From the NCBI GenBank assembly GCA_009914755.4, contig CP086569.2:10944001-11008000 (forward strand): 64,000 nucleotides of DNA, in the 5' to 3' direction. Both the position numbers and the translations under genes were made by a program. How positions within the stretch are numbered: the first letter of the stretch is position 1; each line of letters starts with the position of its first letter. Shown here in pieces: positions 63,150 to 64,000 of the stretch. Below the pieces are notes generated by a model. The model made no database searches. It was given only the letters and a program-made list of their open reading frames with translations, and was not told where the DNA came from. This DNA comes from the human T2T-CHM13v2.0 reference genome, Homo sapiens.

Positions 63150-63215
63150 CTGTCGACAGGTTCTCACTCTAACAAACAGGCTAGAGTGTAGTGGCACAAT
63201 CTCCGTTCAAATTTG
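63150..63215 (-). mobile_element. Alu 3'-end fragment (module E)
   Basis: paralog of 10328/12220; +/-5 bp. Confidence 0.65.
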
Positions 63216-63524
63216 ACTTCACCATTCCATTCCATTCCATTTCATTCCATTCCATTCCATTCCATTCTACTCCCTTCCACTCAACTCCAACCCATTGCAT
63301 TCCATTCCACTCCACTCCACTCCTCTCCACTGCTCTACATTACATCCCATTCTATCCAACTCCATTCCCCTCCACTCCACTCCAATCTACTGAATTCCAT
63401 TCCATTACATCACATTCCATTCCATTGCATTCCATTCCACTCCACTCCAATCCACTCAAATCCATTCCACTATATTCCGTTCCTTTCCTTTCAATTCCAA
63501 TACACTGTATTACCTTAAACTCCT

Positions 63525-63590
63525 TTCTTTAGACAGGATCTCACTCTGTCACACAGGGTAGAGTGCAGTGGCACAATGTTAGCTCACATT
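63525..63590 (-). mobile_element. Alu 3'-end fragment (module F)
   Basis: paralog of 12592; +/-5 bp. Confidence 0.75.
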
Positions 63591-64000
63591 ACGTTTCACA
63601 ATTCCATTCCATTTCTCTCCATTCCATTCCATTCCTTTCCCTTCCGTTCCTTTAAGTTCCACTCCACTCCACTCCATTCCACTCCACTCCACTCCATTAC
63701 AGTACACTCCACTCCACTCCAGTAGACTCAATTTCATTACACTCCATCCCATTCCATTCCACTCCATTCCACCCCACTACAATCCACTCCACTCCTCTCC
63801 AATCTACTCCACTCCACTCCACTCCAGTCCACTCCATTGCATTCCATCCCATCCCAGTCCATTCCACTCCATTCTACATCAATCCACTCCATTCCATTCC
63901 ATTCCAACTGATTCCATTCCATCCCGGTCAATTCCATTCCATTCCATTCCATTCCATTCCATTCCATTCCATTCCATTCCATTCCATTCCATTCCATTGC

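Larger units (their letters stand above)
1..64000. repeat. Pentameric (ATTCC)n/(GGAAT)n satellite array, HSat3-like (human satellite 2/3 family); ATTCC strand = + throughout, no inversion
   Basis: Near-continuous ATTCC/ACTCC/ATTCG-type pentamers read directly over the entire window; G-depleted + strand; no unique sequence longer than ~70 bp. Confidence 0.93.
62075..64000. repeat. ~1.8-kb HOR family unit (A,B,B',C,D,E,F) recurring ~51 kb from the 9.2-12.6 kb copies
   Basis: A 62075, B 62262/62383, C 62762, D 62958, E 63150, F 63525; module sequences match 9241-12655 copies. Confidence 0.8.

Noticed and set aside
272-63590. Independent Alu retrotransposon insertions (full-length or with target-site duplications)
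   Set aside because: No copy exceeds ~70 bp (about 100 bp for the two internally duplicated ones). All share the same breakpoint and orientation, and none has flanking target-site duplications. They are amplified parts of the satellite unit, not separate insertion events.
1-64000. CRISPR-like regular repeat array
   Set aside because: Periodicity is 5 bp with no repeat-spacer alternation, no 25-40-bp direct repeats separated by unique spacers, and no leader or cas context. This is eukaryotic satellite DNA.
1-64000. Alpha-satellite / centromere core
   Set aside because: There is no 171-bp periodicity, no CENP-B box (TTCGTTGGAAACGGGA) and no A/T-rich monomer structure. The sequence is the pentameric HSat2/3 family.
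1-64000. HSat1B/DYZ2 (the Y satellite known to contain an Alu piece)
   Set aside because: The non-Alu portion here is ATTCC pentamers, not the AT-rich simple sequence of HSat1B, and the Alu-derived part is only ~60 bp. So this is an HSat3-type array that happens to carry an Alu-end fragment.
1-64000. Confident HSat2 versus HSat3 subfamily and chromosome assignment
   Set aside because: HSat2 hallmarks (frequent ATTCGATTCC, CATCATC-type interruptions) are sparse. The classical HSat3 CAACCCGAGT 10-mer is also not evident. Without a database search I cannot responsibly name the subfamily or chromosome; HSat3-like is the most I can support.
1-64000. tRNA, rRNA, snRNA or other structured RNA genes
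   Set aside because: No segment departs from pentamer or Alu-fragment composition for long enough to encode one, and no A-box/B-box or conserved RNA motif was seen.

Overview
This window contains no genes. All 64 kb is one uninterrupted pericentromeric pentameric satellite of the human satellite 2/3 family, (ATTCC)n on the + strand and (GGAAT)n on the - strand. It is most consistent with HSat3, but the classical HSat3 CAACCCGAGT 10-mer and the HSat2 ATTCGATTCC/CATCAT motifs are not evident. The orientation never flips. The + strand is strongly G-depleted, so TAG/TGA stop codons almost never occur. That is why the six-frame track is full of long low-complexity pseudo-ORFs (HSIPFHSIPF... on +, MEWNGMEWNG... 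on -); none is a credible CDS. About 136 short (~60 bp) fragments of the antisense 3' end of an Alu element are embedded in the pentamer array. They read (TTTC)GACAGGATCTCACTCTGTCACCCAGGCTGGAGTGCAGTGGCACAATCTCAGCTCAC and always join the satellite at CTCAC|ATTTCATTTCACC. They are CpG-decayed and all in the same orientation. They serve as landmarks that expose nested higher-order structure: (1) a ~2.3-kb block at 1-2300 repeated at ~19650-22110; (2) a ~1.8-kb higher-order repeat (HOR) with ordered modules A-E at 8059-13540 that reappears at 62075-64000; (3) a ~2.2-2.3-kb HOR at 51503-56355; (4) local tandem duplications of 545 bp (30990-32080) and ~860 bp (56940-58230). Three domains differ in Alu-fragment density: about one per 330 bp at 2.5-18.6 kb and 51.5-64 kb, versus about one per 700 bp at 22.8-51.5 kb. 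In the sparser domain each Alu fragment is paired with a second conserved ~31-nt landmark, CACTGCACTC(C/T)GATCCACTCCACTCAACTCC. I cannot assign the chromosome (candidates are 9q12, the acrocentric short arms, 1q12, 15/16 or Yq12 HSat3 arrays) or even confirm human versus great ape from sequence alone. I see no evidence of a novel coding or defence system; the interest here is satellite architecture.
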